IMG/VR virus record: IMGVR_UViG_3300028029_000002
Location: 1-64,000 of that record
Length of the DNA stretch: 64,000 bases
Direction: 5' to 3' (one strand)
Source of the DNA: a virus
Made by a program: the position numbers and the translations under genes. This document shows, piece after piece, positions 53,057-61,034 of this stretch. Each line of letters opens with the position of its first letter. The first letter of the stretch is position 1. The notes under the pieces are model-generated. The model was not told the origin of the DNA. It saw nothing but the letters and a program-made list of their open reading frames with translations, and made no database searches.

Positions 53057-53649
53057 CAAAAAATGAAATAATCACCAAAATTGACGACTGTACAGTATAC
53101 ACAGTTACATTTCACCTTCACTTCCGCACGAGACCAGCAAGCCCAGACAACGCGAATGAACGCTATACCGCCATAGCCGCGAGACATTATGGATTCGACG
53201 TCGACATTCCCGATCCCATCTACTCAAATGGAATATTAGATAGCGAGAAAGAAGCAAGGGAAATAATCACTAAAGCTCTACACAAAATTTGGGAACACTC
53301 TACATTTATCCCAGAAAACAACTTTCTCCAAACCCCAGACTTCGTCTTTCCGTTTGTGAGAACCAGAAAACTGGAAATCGACATAGATAGGGGAATACCA
53401 GAACTGCGGCAACTAATAGCAAGTGCAGATTATCGCTGGGGTAAAAGCATAAAAACATTAGAGGGAATTCTTGATATACTACCGGAGCAAGAGCTTCTAA
53501 CGCTACGCAACGCCAAACGGTTTGGAGTGTCGCTGAAGAAGGCGGAACAGATCATAATCTCCTCAGAGACCATGCACGAAAGTCTCGAAACTTTACATAC
53601 AAATAGCAAAATGAATACCCTGTACTTGTACACTCAGAAATGCGCGTAG
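53053..53649 (+). CDS. paralog family A member 4 (198 aa)
   Basis: DIPDPIYSNGILDSEKEAREII block matches members 1-3. Confidence 0.55.
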   Translation: MTKNEIITKIDDCTVYTVTFHLHFRTRPASPDNANERYTAIAARHYGFDVDIPDPIYSNGILDSEKEAREIITKALHKIWEHSTFIPENNFLQTPDFVFPFVRTRKLEIDIDRGIPELRQLIASADYRWGKSIKTLEGILDILPEQELLTLRNAKRFGVSLKKAEQIIISSETMHESLETLHTNSKMNTLYLYTQKCA

Positions 53650-53705
53650 CTTTACGTCAGTGGCTGTGCGTAGCGTTGCATAATGGTATAAACCAAAGGA
53701 GTAAA

Positions 53706-54050
53706 ATGACCGGAAAGTTCAGCATCGTAATAAAATACGATGAATATTGGGACAATAACGGACAAGCTGAATACGATGGTACACTGTGGGAGTTATCCCG
53801 AATATACAGTGTTGAACACGGGGTAGTCGATCTATACGAGTTAACAGCTTTCTTAGACTTGGCCTGCGATAAAAACGCCCTCATTTACGCAGAGCTTGAC
53901 GGTGCGCTTATGCACCCGCGATTTACGCTCAAACATCGCCTGTATACAACAAGCGAAATCGTTGCAGAGATTCTGCAACGATGCGAGCCACATTCCCGCA
54001 ACGATGAAAACGCCATCGCCTGGTTAACAGCAATGGATGTCTCCAAATGA
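53706..54050 (+). CDS. hypothetical protein (114 aa; start refined)
   Basis: RBS AAGGAG-5 nt-ATG. Confidence 0.6.
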   Translation: MTGKFSIVIKYDEYWDNNGQAEYDGTLWELSRIYSVEHGVVDLYELTAFLDLACDKNALIYAELDGALMHPRFTLKHRLYTTSEIVAEILQRCEPHSRNDENAIAWLTAMDVSK

Positions 54051-54406
54051 AACAAAGTAAAGAGAAACTCATGCTTTACGCCAGGCAGATCGCACAAAAC
54101 AAAAACGAACTACCCGCCAAGCCAGTTACCGCGCTTCGCAAGTTGTTCTACCAAGAGAAGCGCGACTGGTCGCAACCATCCGGCCCACAGATCGGATGGA
54201 AGCGCGGGGAATTATTCGAGGTCGCCGACGCCATTCTCACTCATGGCAACATAGCTTCCGAGTGGGGAGATGTTGGATATTATATTGCACAGACTTGGCA
54301 ATGGCTATGGGAGTTATACGATTTTGTTACCCCGCAAGCCATCATAGACAATGCTGTTGCCAAGTTTCAAAACAGGGCGGCTAAAGGAGCACAACATGAT
54401 CGTTAA
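54047..54406 (+). CDS. MazG-like NTP pyrophosphohydrolase candidate (119 aa)
   Basis: Acidic helix pattern GELFEVADAI...EWGDVGYYI resembles the MazG E..E/D..D motifs. ATGA overlap with the preceding stop. Confidence 0.35.
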   Translation: MKQSKEKLMLYARQIAQNKNELPAKPVTALRKLFYQEKRDWSQPSGPQIGWKRGELFEVADAILTHGNIASEWGDVGYYIAQTWQWLWELYDFVTPQAIIDNAVAKFQNRAAKGAQHDR

Positions 54407-54485
54407 GACCGTTATTGCCACACACACCTTTATTGACAACACATATCGACTGGGACAATCTGCTCACAGAGGCAAATAAGCCATT

Positions 54486-54746
54486 ATGAACACGATAATC
54501 ATATCCAACGTGCTGAAACAACACATATCACCAGTACTCGTCATCCGGAATGTTCCGAATAAAGAAAGCGTGCTGACAATTAAACGCCTCTATCTCCAAG
54601 CTGGATTATTAGACCCACAAAACGACGCTAGCAACATAATGATACAAACTGCTTCCGAGGCAGAAAGTAACATAATAGGACTGGCTCGAAAAGCTCCAAC
54701 AATCGATTGGAGCGATCTACTCACAAAGGCAAACAAACCACTATGA
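54486..54746 (+). CDS. hypothetical protein (86 aa) flanked by ~45-bp direct repeats
   Basis: ORF. Its last 15 codons are repeated, degenerate, immediately upstream of its own start. Confidence 0.55.
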   Translation: MNTIIISNVLKQHISPVLVIRNVPNKESVLTIKRLYLQAGLLDPQNDASNIMIQTASEAESNIIGLARKAPTIDWSDLLTKANKPL

Positions 54747-55033
54747 AGTTTAACCCAGATCACATCACCATGGAGGTTTTCACCCCATACGATAACGGTG
54801 AACCCACTCTGGTTCGCTCATACCACGAGTTGTTTACGACTCTGGCCGAAATGACCAAACCGCACCCGCATGACGATACAGTCATTCCGGGGCAATCAAG
54901 TTTCGGTCAGGTCGAGATTTATGTCGCATGGTATCGCTCGTACGACGAGTGGGAACGACTACACCATGATCCAGAATTCGATTCGTCAACACGAGTAATT
55001 CTCGACATTGACAACATTTATCCACCAAAGTAA
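54743..55033 (+). CDS. hypothetical protein (96 aa; start refined)
   Basis: ATGA overlap with the preceding stop. Confidence 0.55.
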   Translation: MKFNPDHITMEVFTPYDNGEPTLVRSYHELFTTLAEMTKPHPHDDTVIPGQSSFGQVEIYVAWYRSYDEWERLHHDPEFDSSTRVILDIDNIYPPK

Positions 55034-55047
55034 AAAAGGAGTTTTCC

Positions 55048-55161
55048 ATGCTAAAGAATATCATCATTCTGTTTACCATTCTAATCGGTATCCTATTCTT
55101 CATCTTCATCACATACTGGATTATGCAGTTCTGGTTTGCGATTGGGCTGGGGGTATACTAA
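55048..55161 (+). CDS. small hydrophobic membrane peptide (37 aa; below ORF-track cutoff)
   Basis: RBS AAGGAG-7 nt-ATG. Sequence MLKNIIILFTILIGILFFIFITYWIMQFWFAIGLGVY. TAATG overlap with the next gene. Confidence 0.5.
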   Translation: MLKNIIILFTILIGILFFIFITYWIMQFWFAIGLGVY

Positions 55162-55397
55162 TGTATATCCGAACATACGACAAAGGGCTTATGGACATAA
55201 CTAATTGTTACCTCTATATTTTTCGGTTCCACGGAGATAAGTGCGCCGTCCTAGTAAGGAATCTCACCAACGCCAATGAGGATAGCGAAGACCCCGCCGT
55301 ATATTATGGTACAGAGAAGCAGTGTATAGCATATCTCGATATCGTATCTGAGTCATTGCTAACGTTCGATAAACTATTAATGCAAAGGAGAAGTTAA
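55161..55397 (+). CDS. hypothetical protein (78 aa; start refined), paralog of 55397..55642
   Basis: DITNCYLYIF...AVLVRNLTNANEDSEDP versus EVTNCRIYIN...VVVIENLANPNENIDPP. Confidence 0.55.
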   Translation: MYIRTYDKGLMDITNCYLYIFRFHGDKCAVLVRNLTNANEDSEDPAVYYGTEKQCIAYLDIVSESLLTFDKLLMQRRS

Positions 55398-55642
55398 TGT
55401 TTGTAGAGACGACTAGCGGAGAAATTATAGAAGTAACTAATTGTCGTATCTATATCAACGATATATACCGAGATGGAGAAATGAAATTCGTTGTCGTCAT
55501 TGAGAACCTAGCTAATCCCAACGAAAACATCGATCCGCCAATCGCATGTATCGGAACAAGAGAGGTATGCGAAAAATACATGTCGGAGTTCAGAAAATCA
55601 TTGATAAACCTCTCGGAATTGATGGTACGTATAGGAAAATAA
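55397..55642 (+). CDS. hypothetical protein (81 aa)
   Basis: RBS AAGGAG; paralog of the preceding gene. Confidence 0.6.
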   Translation: MFVETTSGEIIEVTNCRIYINDIYRDGEMKFVVVIENLANPNENIDPPIACIGTREVCEKYMSEFRKSLINLSELMVRIGK

Positions 55643-55644
55643 CT

Positions 55645-55869
55645 ATGTCAAAACGACCAGAAATCAAATACTTCGGACTCGACCTCGACAGATTGTTCGA
55701 CGATCTATTCTTCGAGATGGAACGAGTACAAGACGGGCGTGGCTCCCACACCATTGCAATGTTGGGAACAAACAGATACAAGGCTGCTGCGAGCTTGGCA
55801 AATCAACTAATACATTTCTTGTCAACGAGAATGTATCCGTCAGATGAGTATGGTCAGGAGAAAGAGTAA
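55645..55869 (+). CDS. hypothetical protein (74 aa; start refined), paralog of 58945..59298
   Basis: YFGLDLDRLFDDLFFEMERVQDGRGSHTI versus HYGIDLDVFADTWWDAMLCVQDGRDRHNI. Confidence 0.55.
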   Translation: MSKRPEIKYFGLDLDRLFDDLFFEMERVQDGRGSHTIAMLGTNRYKAAASLANQLIHFLSTRMYPSDEYGQEKE

Positions 55870-56297
55870 TGAATGACTATGCAGTATATACCCCAGAGCA
55901 CATGCACTCCCCAGTTTTCGAGTCCGATAACATTTGGGGAAACCTCAAGAAAAACGGCATCGCAGTAGATAGCGACCCGTTTATCACCCGCACCGACGAA
56001 TTTGTGTTTAACACTTTCAACACGCAGCCGAAGGCAATTTTCGGCAAGTCGGTTCAGGGACGCGGGCTATACTTGAGAGAAGATGCTACTCTTGACGAGT
56101 TCGATTTGACAGGGATCAAATACTATGAAATCTCCAACCCCGAAATCAAACAGCACCTAGAAGCAGCCGGAGCGACCCCAGGCAAGAATTTCCCGGCAAC
56201 TTCCTATCAGATGTTTACCGGGACGCAGGGAAACAGCTATCTGGTGGTCGATCAGTTTCCGGATGTGTATCTGGTTACATGCATTAACGAATATTAA
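55869..56297 (+). CDS. hypothetical protein (142 aa), tandem paralog
   Basis: RBS GGAG; FNTFNTQPKAIFGK...LVTCINEY. Confidence 0.65.
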   Translation: MNDYAVYTPEHMHSPVFESDNIWGNLKKNGIAVDSDPFITRTDEFVFNTFNTQPKAIFGKSVQGRGLYLREDATLDEFDLTGIKYYEISNPEIKQHLEAAGATPGKNFPATSYQMFTGTQGNSYLVVDQFPDVYLVTCINEY

Positions 56298-56306
56298 AGG
56301 AGAACT

Positions 56307-56756
56307 ATGACTGTATATTACGTATACGACGACGATCTCAATTACATTTTTGAAAGTCCCGCTCCACTCGAAGATTTTGAAGATTACGGGATCATGAAAG
56401 CGGATCCAATTATTATTGAAAGCGAAGACACAATTTTCCGAACTTTCAACCTAAACCCGGTGGCGATCTTTGGCAAGATGCTTACCGGGCAAGGACTGCG
56501 TTTACAAGAAGCACAAACGCTCAACAAGTTCGACATTGCCGGGCTACCATACTACGACATTGATGATCCAGACACCGAAGAGGCCCTAAAACGACTAGGA
56601 GCGTCTCAGGGGACTCAACGGAACGCACATGTTAAATTGGCAGACACACCTAGCAAATGTTACATCTATATCGACAACAATGAAGTTGCCGGATATAACA
56701 TGCGCGTCATTCTCGTGACATGCATTAACCGAGGAACGCTCGTGTGGTACAAATAA
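56307..56756 (+). CDS. hypothetical protein (149 aa), tandem paralog
   Basis: RBS AAGGAG; FRTFNLNPVAIFGK...LVTCINRG. Confidence 0.65.
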   Translation: MTVYYVYDDDLNYIFESPAPLEDFEDYGIMKADPIIIESEDTIFRTFNLNPVAIFGKMLTGQGLRLQEAQTLNKFDIAGLPYYDIDDPDTEEALKRLGASQGTQRNAHVKLADTPSKCYIYIDNNEVAGYNMRVILVTCINRGTLVWYK

Positions 56757-56764
56757 TCCACACC

Positions 56765-56791
56765 GCCCGGCCTGTAATACGCAGGCCGGGC
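56765..56791 (+). terminator. GC-rich hairpin (terminator/processing candidate, no U-tract)
   Basis: GCCCGGCCTG-taatacg-CAGGCCGGGC, immediately upstream of the tRNA. Confidence 0.35.
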
Positions 56792-56797
56792 AATTAT

Positions 56798-56870
56798 GCG
56801 GGTATAGCCTAATGGATAAGGCGACTGTCTTCTAAACAGTAGAGTGCAGGTTCGAGTCCTGCTACCCGTA
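56798..56870 (+). tRNA. tRNA-Arg (anticodon UCU)
   Basis: Cloverleaf read by eye: acceptor GCGGGTA/TACCCGT (one G-U), D stem GCCT/AGGC, anticodon stem ACTGT/ACAGT with loop CTTCTAA, T stem GCAGG/CCTGC with loop TTCGAGT, discriminator A. Confidence 0.85.
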
Positions 56871-56894
56871 CATCCTAGTAAAGGAGAAAATATT

Positions 56895-57296
56895 ATGAAA
56901 TACGATCAAGTAGATAAACAAATTTCGAGCAAGATTTTCAACGAGGCTGTCTGCCCATACTGCCACGGCGATGGGTGCAAAGAGTGTAACAACGCTGGAC
57001 ATATTTTCTATCAATACCCAAGTAGTCGCAGGAAATATAACCTCAGTTCATCCCTGACCGACAGAGTTTCATTCGATGAAGCCATTGAACAATATACAGA
57101 ATTCAAGCTAGAAGCACTAACGGTCTCTGAAATTGCAGAGATCGACACCGAAGACTTTATCGAAGATATTTGTGAATCACTCCTGAATGAAACCTGTACC
57201 GATGACACAAGCGAGGCTTATGCGCGGTGTATGTACACAGCCCGCCGAACCACGAAATCGGCAATCAAAGCACTCAAGGAAGAAGCCAATGAATAA
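56895..57296 (+). CDS. hypothetical protein with CxxCxGxG zinc-finger motif (133 aa; start refined)
   Basis: RBS AAGGAG-8 nt-ATG; CPYCHGDGCKEC. The track ORF start at 56844 lies inside the tRNA. Confidence 0.6.
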   Translation: MKYDQVDKQISSKIFNEAVCPYCHGDGCKECNNAGHIFYQYPSSRRKYNLSSSLTDRVSFDEAIEQYTEFKLEALTVSEIAEIDTEDFIEDICESLLNETCTDDTSEAYARCMYTARRTTKSAIKALKEEANE

Positions 57297-57717
57297 GCAA
57301 CTACGCCTCAACCTCAAAGTCGCCCTAACTGTGGGGTATGGATGGTACGCATTGAAGGACACACCGAGCAACAAGAAAGTCGCTTGTCTACGCAAAACGA
57401 ACGGGAGGGACGAAAGCTGGGTGTATCTCGGACACTCCTTCCAACCGCCTCGTGGCTACAGACGCACATCCGGGTGGGAAGCAGACATTCCCGACTATTG
57501 CCGCGATCTCAACTTAGCAATAACGCTGGCTGAGCCAGATTGGAAGTTCGCATTCACCGAATACGAAGATCATTTTAACGTCATGGTATTAACAGAGCAC
57601 GTCTTCAACGTAGACTTCAATTTAGACTATGATAACTACGAATCCAGACGCGAGATGTACGCCACTGCGCGTTGTCTTGCATGGTTACAATATTACAGCG
57701 ATGAAAGGATGGAATAA
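57289..57717 (+). CDS. hypothetical protein (142 aa; start refined)
   Basis: ATG overlaps the end of the preceding gene. Confidence 0.5.
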   Translation: MNKQLRLNLKVALTVGYGWYALKDTPSNKKVACLRKTNGRDESWVYLGHSFQPPRGYRRTSGWEADIPDYCRDLNLAITLAEPDWKFAFTEYEDHFNVMVLTEHVFNVDFNLDYDNYESRREMYATARCLAWLQYYSDERME

Positions 57718-57718
57718 C

Positions 57719-58141
57719 ATGTCACAAATCAAACTGAGCGACAATGTATACAACATCACCAACATTTATAACGAAAACCTTCACGTCGTCATCGAAACAG
57801 AATCCGGCACTATCTTCTGGGCATTTAACGACGACAACACATACAAAGAAATATACGCACATTTCAAAGATATGCTACATCAGTCGCCGAGTGAATTCAT
57901 GGCAACATTCGGGGATAAAACCCCAGAAATGGCTTGGCGACTAGGTATTGCTCACGAACAGGTGCGCCGCACTAATGACTACTCCGGGATCACAGAATTA
58001 GATAGCCCTCTTTACTTCTTCTCATCCGATCTCGACGATTACGAATTCGAGGGATACAGAGAAGAGGAAACAGACGAGTGGGGTGAAGCTCCATTCCCAT
58101 TCGAGATCACCGAAACGTCAGAAATCTACGCGCGGAATTAG
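57719..58141 (+). CDS. acidic hypothetical protein (140 aa; start refined)
   Basis: ATG lies 1 nt after the preceding stop. Its stop codon TAG is the first triplet of palindrome copy 6. Confidence 0.55.
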   Translation: MSQIKLSDNVYNITNIYNENLHVVIETESGTIFWAFNDDNTYKEIYAHFKDMLHQSPSEFMATFGDKTPEMAWRLGIAHEQVRRTNDYSGITELDSPLYFFSSDLDDYEFEGYREEETDEWGEAPFPFEITETSEIYARN

Positions 58142-58156
58142 TTCGCATGCGAACTA
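58139..58156. repeat. palindrome copy 6 (TAGTTCGCATGCGAACTA, perfect)
   Basis: Read directly. Confidence 0.9.
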
Positions 58157-58160
58157 ATAC

Positions 58161-58219
58161 AAAAAACCAAGAAGGAGAACACGAGCAAGAAGTTTTGACC
58201 GCGTTCCTTCTTGGTTTTC
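58161..58219. terminator. possible bidirectional terminator hairpin (long loop)
   Basis: AAAAAACCAAGAAGGA ... TCCTTCTTGGTTTT: a 12-bp stem with A-tract and T-tract flanks and a 28-nt loop. Confidence 0.4.
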
Positions 58220-58274
58220 TCTCGGCCACAATCGTAGCCGGGATTATATATCTAATCATACCATAAGGAGAAAT

Positions 58275-58628
58275 ATGGAATTCACATGGTTGCTTAGCGA
58301 CGGAACGGAAACCCAAGAAAGATATGGATATTGCGCGTTCGGTATTCTGTTAAACAAACCCGAACTTATAGCCCCGGCATTTGAAGATGGAACCATTCTC
58401 ATTAGGATTCCGCAAAAGGGGCATGTCCATATAATAAAGGGCAAAGAAGCTCCGACAGTAGCTCAACGCGATGCGCTAGAAAAATTCATCGGCGAAAACA
58501 CTATCGAATTAAAAATAACCAGATACGACACCCCGGAACAATATATATTCGATAACACAAAAGCGGGACTACTCTATCTGCTTGACCCAATCGCATACTA
58601 CGTAGCCGTACAATACAATGAAATCTAA
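58275..58628 (+). CDS. hypothetical protein (117 aa)
   Basis: RBS AAGGAG. Confidence 0.65.
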   Translation: MEFTWLLSDGTETQERYGYCAFGILLNKPELIAPAFEDGTILIRIPQKGHVHIIKGKEAPTVAQRDALEKFIGENTIELKITRYDTPEQYIFDNTKAGLLYLLDPIAYYVAVQYNEI

Positions 58629-58842
58629 AATCCTATCGAGAACAATAGATACAAAGGCCAAGGTCGAAGCCCGTTTAATAGAAACCGAAAAAACCTATGC
58701 TGTCGGCGTATTCGATTTAGACGCGCAGGAGTATTACCCGCCCCTGCAAATATATCCGAAAAGCATACCGCTCGCCCTGGAAAAAGCAACTGAGCAGTAT
58801 GCACATTGCAAGGAGATATATGAACATATCAAAACTAATTAA
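58618..58842 (+). CDS. hypothetical protein (74 aa)
   Basis: ORF overlapping the preceding gene end. Confidence 0.5.
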   Translation: MKSKILSRTIDTKAKVEARLIETEKTYAVGVFDLDAQEYYPPLQIYPKSIPLALEKATEQYAHCKEIYEHIKTN

Positions 58843-58945
58843 ACTAGGACAAGCTGCATCCAATACATTCCCACTCGTGACATATCTAGCATTTGCCGTG
58901 TTACTAGACGACAACATGGTTTCTGATTTGCTGAGGTTACTATAA
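58820..58945 (+). CDS. small hypothetical protein (41 aa; below ORF-track cutoff)
   Basis: RBS AAGGAG-5 nt-ATG; TAATG overlap with the next gene. Confidence 0.4.
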   Translation: MNISKLIKLGQAASNTFPLVTYLAFAVLLDDNMVSDLLRLL

Positions 58946-59298
58946 TGAATCACTACGGGATCGACCTCGATGTATTCGCTGACACTTGGTGGGATGCCAT
59001 GCTCTGCGTCCAAGACGGCAGAGACCGGCACAACATCATGATTGAGGGTAACTCATTGGAAGAAGCCGCACAAACGTTGTCCATGCGATTAACGCACTAC
59101 CTGAAATCGCTAATGTACATCGCCGACGAGGATGGCAACCTTGCAAAGATGCAAAAATACACCGTGCTCTATACAGGAACCAGAGACGGATTACGCATTA
59201 ACGCAATGAACGAAAACAATGCGGCGTTCATTGCCAATGAGAAGCGTCCGGGGAAACCCTTTAGAATCACCAGGATTATCGAAATGGACATATCGTAA
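58945..59298 (+). CDS. hypothetical protein (117 aa), paralog of 55645..55869
   Basis: Shared N-terminal block (see 55645..55869). Confidence 0.6.
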   Translation: MNHYGIDLDVFADTWWDAMLCVQDGRDRHNIMIEGNSLEEAAQTLSMRLTHYLKSLMYIADEDGNLAKMQKYTVLYTGTRDGLRINAMNENNAAFIANEKRPGKPFRITRIIEMDIS

Positions 59299-59342
59299 AA
59301 CTGCTGTATACTATCAATATCACAGTACAACATGGAGGTATA

Positions 59343-59498
59343 ATGGAAAAAGCAAACATTCTATACGAAGTAGCACTCGAAGCAATTCAGGAATTATTCG
59401 CGTTAACGTCTATAACTATAGACGAGACCAAAGATTATCTTAACGATCTCATCGGCGAGATCGAAATAATGTTGGAAAGCATGGAAAGAGACGAATGA
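59343..59498 (+). CDS. small hypothetical protein (51 aa; below ORF-track cutoff)
   Basis: RBS GGAGG-5 nt-ATG; ATGA overlap with the next gene. Confidence 0.45.
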   Translation: MEKANILYEVALEAIQELFALTSITIDETKDYLNDLIGEIEIMLESMERDE

Positions 59499-60130
59499 TG
59501 TTTAAGTTACTGGGAACTGCCGGGCTGTACTTTGCCACTAAGGCAATGCGGCTGTCACGCCACAGTAGGGGGGATAGTTCCACCCTTCTCAGAGAGGGCG
59601 ATATTCTCGGCCCGGAAGACAGAAAGCTACTAGAAAACCTGATCCTTGCCGGGGACTCCCACGCGAAGGCTCTGCGCATCGCAAAGATTTTCTTCGAGGT
59701 AACGGGAACACTCTCGTGGTGGCATCATTTCGACACCTACCGCTATGACGTATTCGCTCCATCATTTGACTCCGAATTGGGATTTGAGGCCGACGCTGCA
59801 TCAGAGTCAACGATGTACACGCTCAAGAAGACCATAGAAAATGGCAACCTAGACGAGATTACCTCTCTATTCAGCGACAAGGTTTTCCCGTCAACCGTTA
59901 AAAATTTCGTCAGGCGTGTAAAGCGTGACAATCTCTCTATCGCAGAAATCAGAGCAAATCTACCCTGGGGCTTTCTGCAAACGCGGATCGGCGCAATGTC
60001 GTATACAGCAGCGCGGAGAATTTATCTTGACCGACACACGCATGCATTGCAAGAATGGCGTGTGTTTTGCCAGGACATGATTAAGCAAGTGCCATACAGC
60101 CATTTACTCAAGCTGACGAAGGAGAAATAG
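59495..60130 (+). CDS. divergent ThyX-like (flavin-dependent thymidylate synthase fold) protein (211 aa)
   Basis: Blocks LILAGDSHAKALRIAKIFFEVTGTLSWWHHFDTYRY and LPWGFLQTRIGAMSYTAARRIYLDR...QEWR follow the ThyX layout. The canonical RHRxxS motif is replaced by HHFDTY. Confidence 0.35.
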   Translation: MMFKLLGTAGLYFATKAMRLSRHSRGDSSTLLREGDILGPEDRKLLENLILAGDSHAKALRIAKIFFEVTGTLSWWHHFDTYRYDVFAPSFDSELGFEADAASESTMYTLKKTIENGNLDEITSLFSDKVFPSTVKNFVRRVKRDNLSIAEIRANLPWGFLQTRIGAMSYTAARRIYLDRHTHALQEWRVFCQDMIKQVPYSHLLKLTKEK

Positions 60131-60877
60131 ATGAACAAACTGATAGCGTTCGACATCGAAACGGCGCACGAAGCAGGATATAAAAATTGGAACGAGTCGC
60201 CGGGCATTACATGTATTAGCGCATCACTTTTCTCTGCTGGTCAACACACTGTGCTTACCGCGCATAGCAATTATCAGCCCGTGATGACACAGAAAGACAT
60301 CCATCACTTCGTCGACAGTCTACATGACAGGTACAGGGATGGATATGATGTGGTAGCAATCAACATGACTGGATTCGACTCCCGTGTTCTGTTCTTAGAA
60401 TCAGACAGAGAACATCGAAGAAAAATTCAGGAGTTTACACTGTTCGGCTACGATCCATACTGGACTGTGTTTTGTCAACGCGGGTATGGCCCAGGTCTGC
60501 AAGCCATGGCGGACGGAATGGGCGTAGAAGGAAAACTCGACGGAATGAACGGGCTTGAAGCTATCACTGCATGGCAAGAGAATCGTGAGCGACAACAGCT
60601 TGTACTGCACTATGTGGAACAAGACGCAAGAGCTACATTAGACGTATTCAGAGCAATACGAAAATCTGGCGGGAGCATCTACTGGACGAGCAAACGAGGA
60701 AACCAAATGGGCTGCCACGCTGGTAGAAACGTGATTGATTCACTGGGTTATCCAAAACCCAACACGTCATGGATGACGAACCCGCGCACGCGAGAAAGCA
60801 CAATTGGATGGATGTTGGAGGAATCCAACGAATTCTCGGAATTACTTACGCAAGAACTGGAGAAAACAAATGGCTAA
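60131..60877 (+). CDS. DEDD-family 3'-5' exonuclease-like protein (248 aa)
   Basis: Exo I motif IAFDIET; a later HYVEQDARATLDVF resembles Exo III. RBS GAAGGAG. Confidence 0.55.
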   Translation: MNKLIAFDIETAHEAGYKNWNESPGITCISASLFSAGQHTVLTAHSNYQPVMTQKDIHHFVDSLHDRYRDGYDVVAINMTGFDSRVLFLESDREHRRKIQEFTLFGYDPYWTVFCQRGYGPGLQAMADGMGVEGKLDGMNGLEAITAWQENRERQQLVLHYVEQDARATLDVFRAIRKSGGSIYWTSKRGNQMGCHAGRNVIDSLGYPKPNTSWMTNPRTRESTIGWMLEESNEFSELLTQELEKTNG

Positions 60878-61034
60878 AATCACAGATGAATACGAAGAAC
60901 TCACCTTATACGAAAAACAACGTATTGACAAAATCATGAAATTCTACGAGTGCAATTTACGAGCCGCGTTATACATTAACGCTCTCGAAAAATACATCGG
61001 ACTCGGAAAAGATGAAGATATTCCGCTGGAATGA
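60870..61034 (+). CDS. small hypothetical protein (54 aa; start refined)
   Basis: GGAG-8 nt-ATG. Confidence 0.45.
   Translation: MAKITDEYEELTLYEKQRIDKIMKFYECNLRAALYINALEKYIGLGKDEDIPLE

Noticed and set aside
56844-56894. Track ORF start at 56844 for the 150-aa protein.
   Set aside because: That start lies inside the tRNA-Arg gene. An internal ATG at 56895 has a strong AAGGAG RBS.
58194-58265. Possible 23-aa hydrophobic peptide (TTG start; TAFLLGFLSATIVAGIIYLIIP).
   Set aside because: No correctly spaced SD. The coding-looking stretch coincides with the 3' arm of a terminator-like hairpin. Evidence is insufficient.
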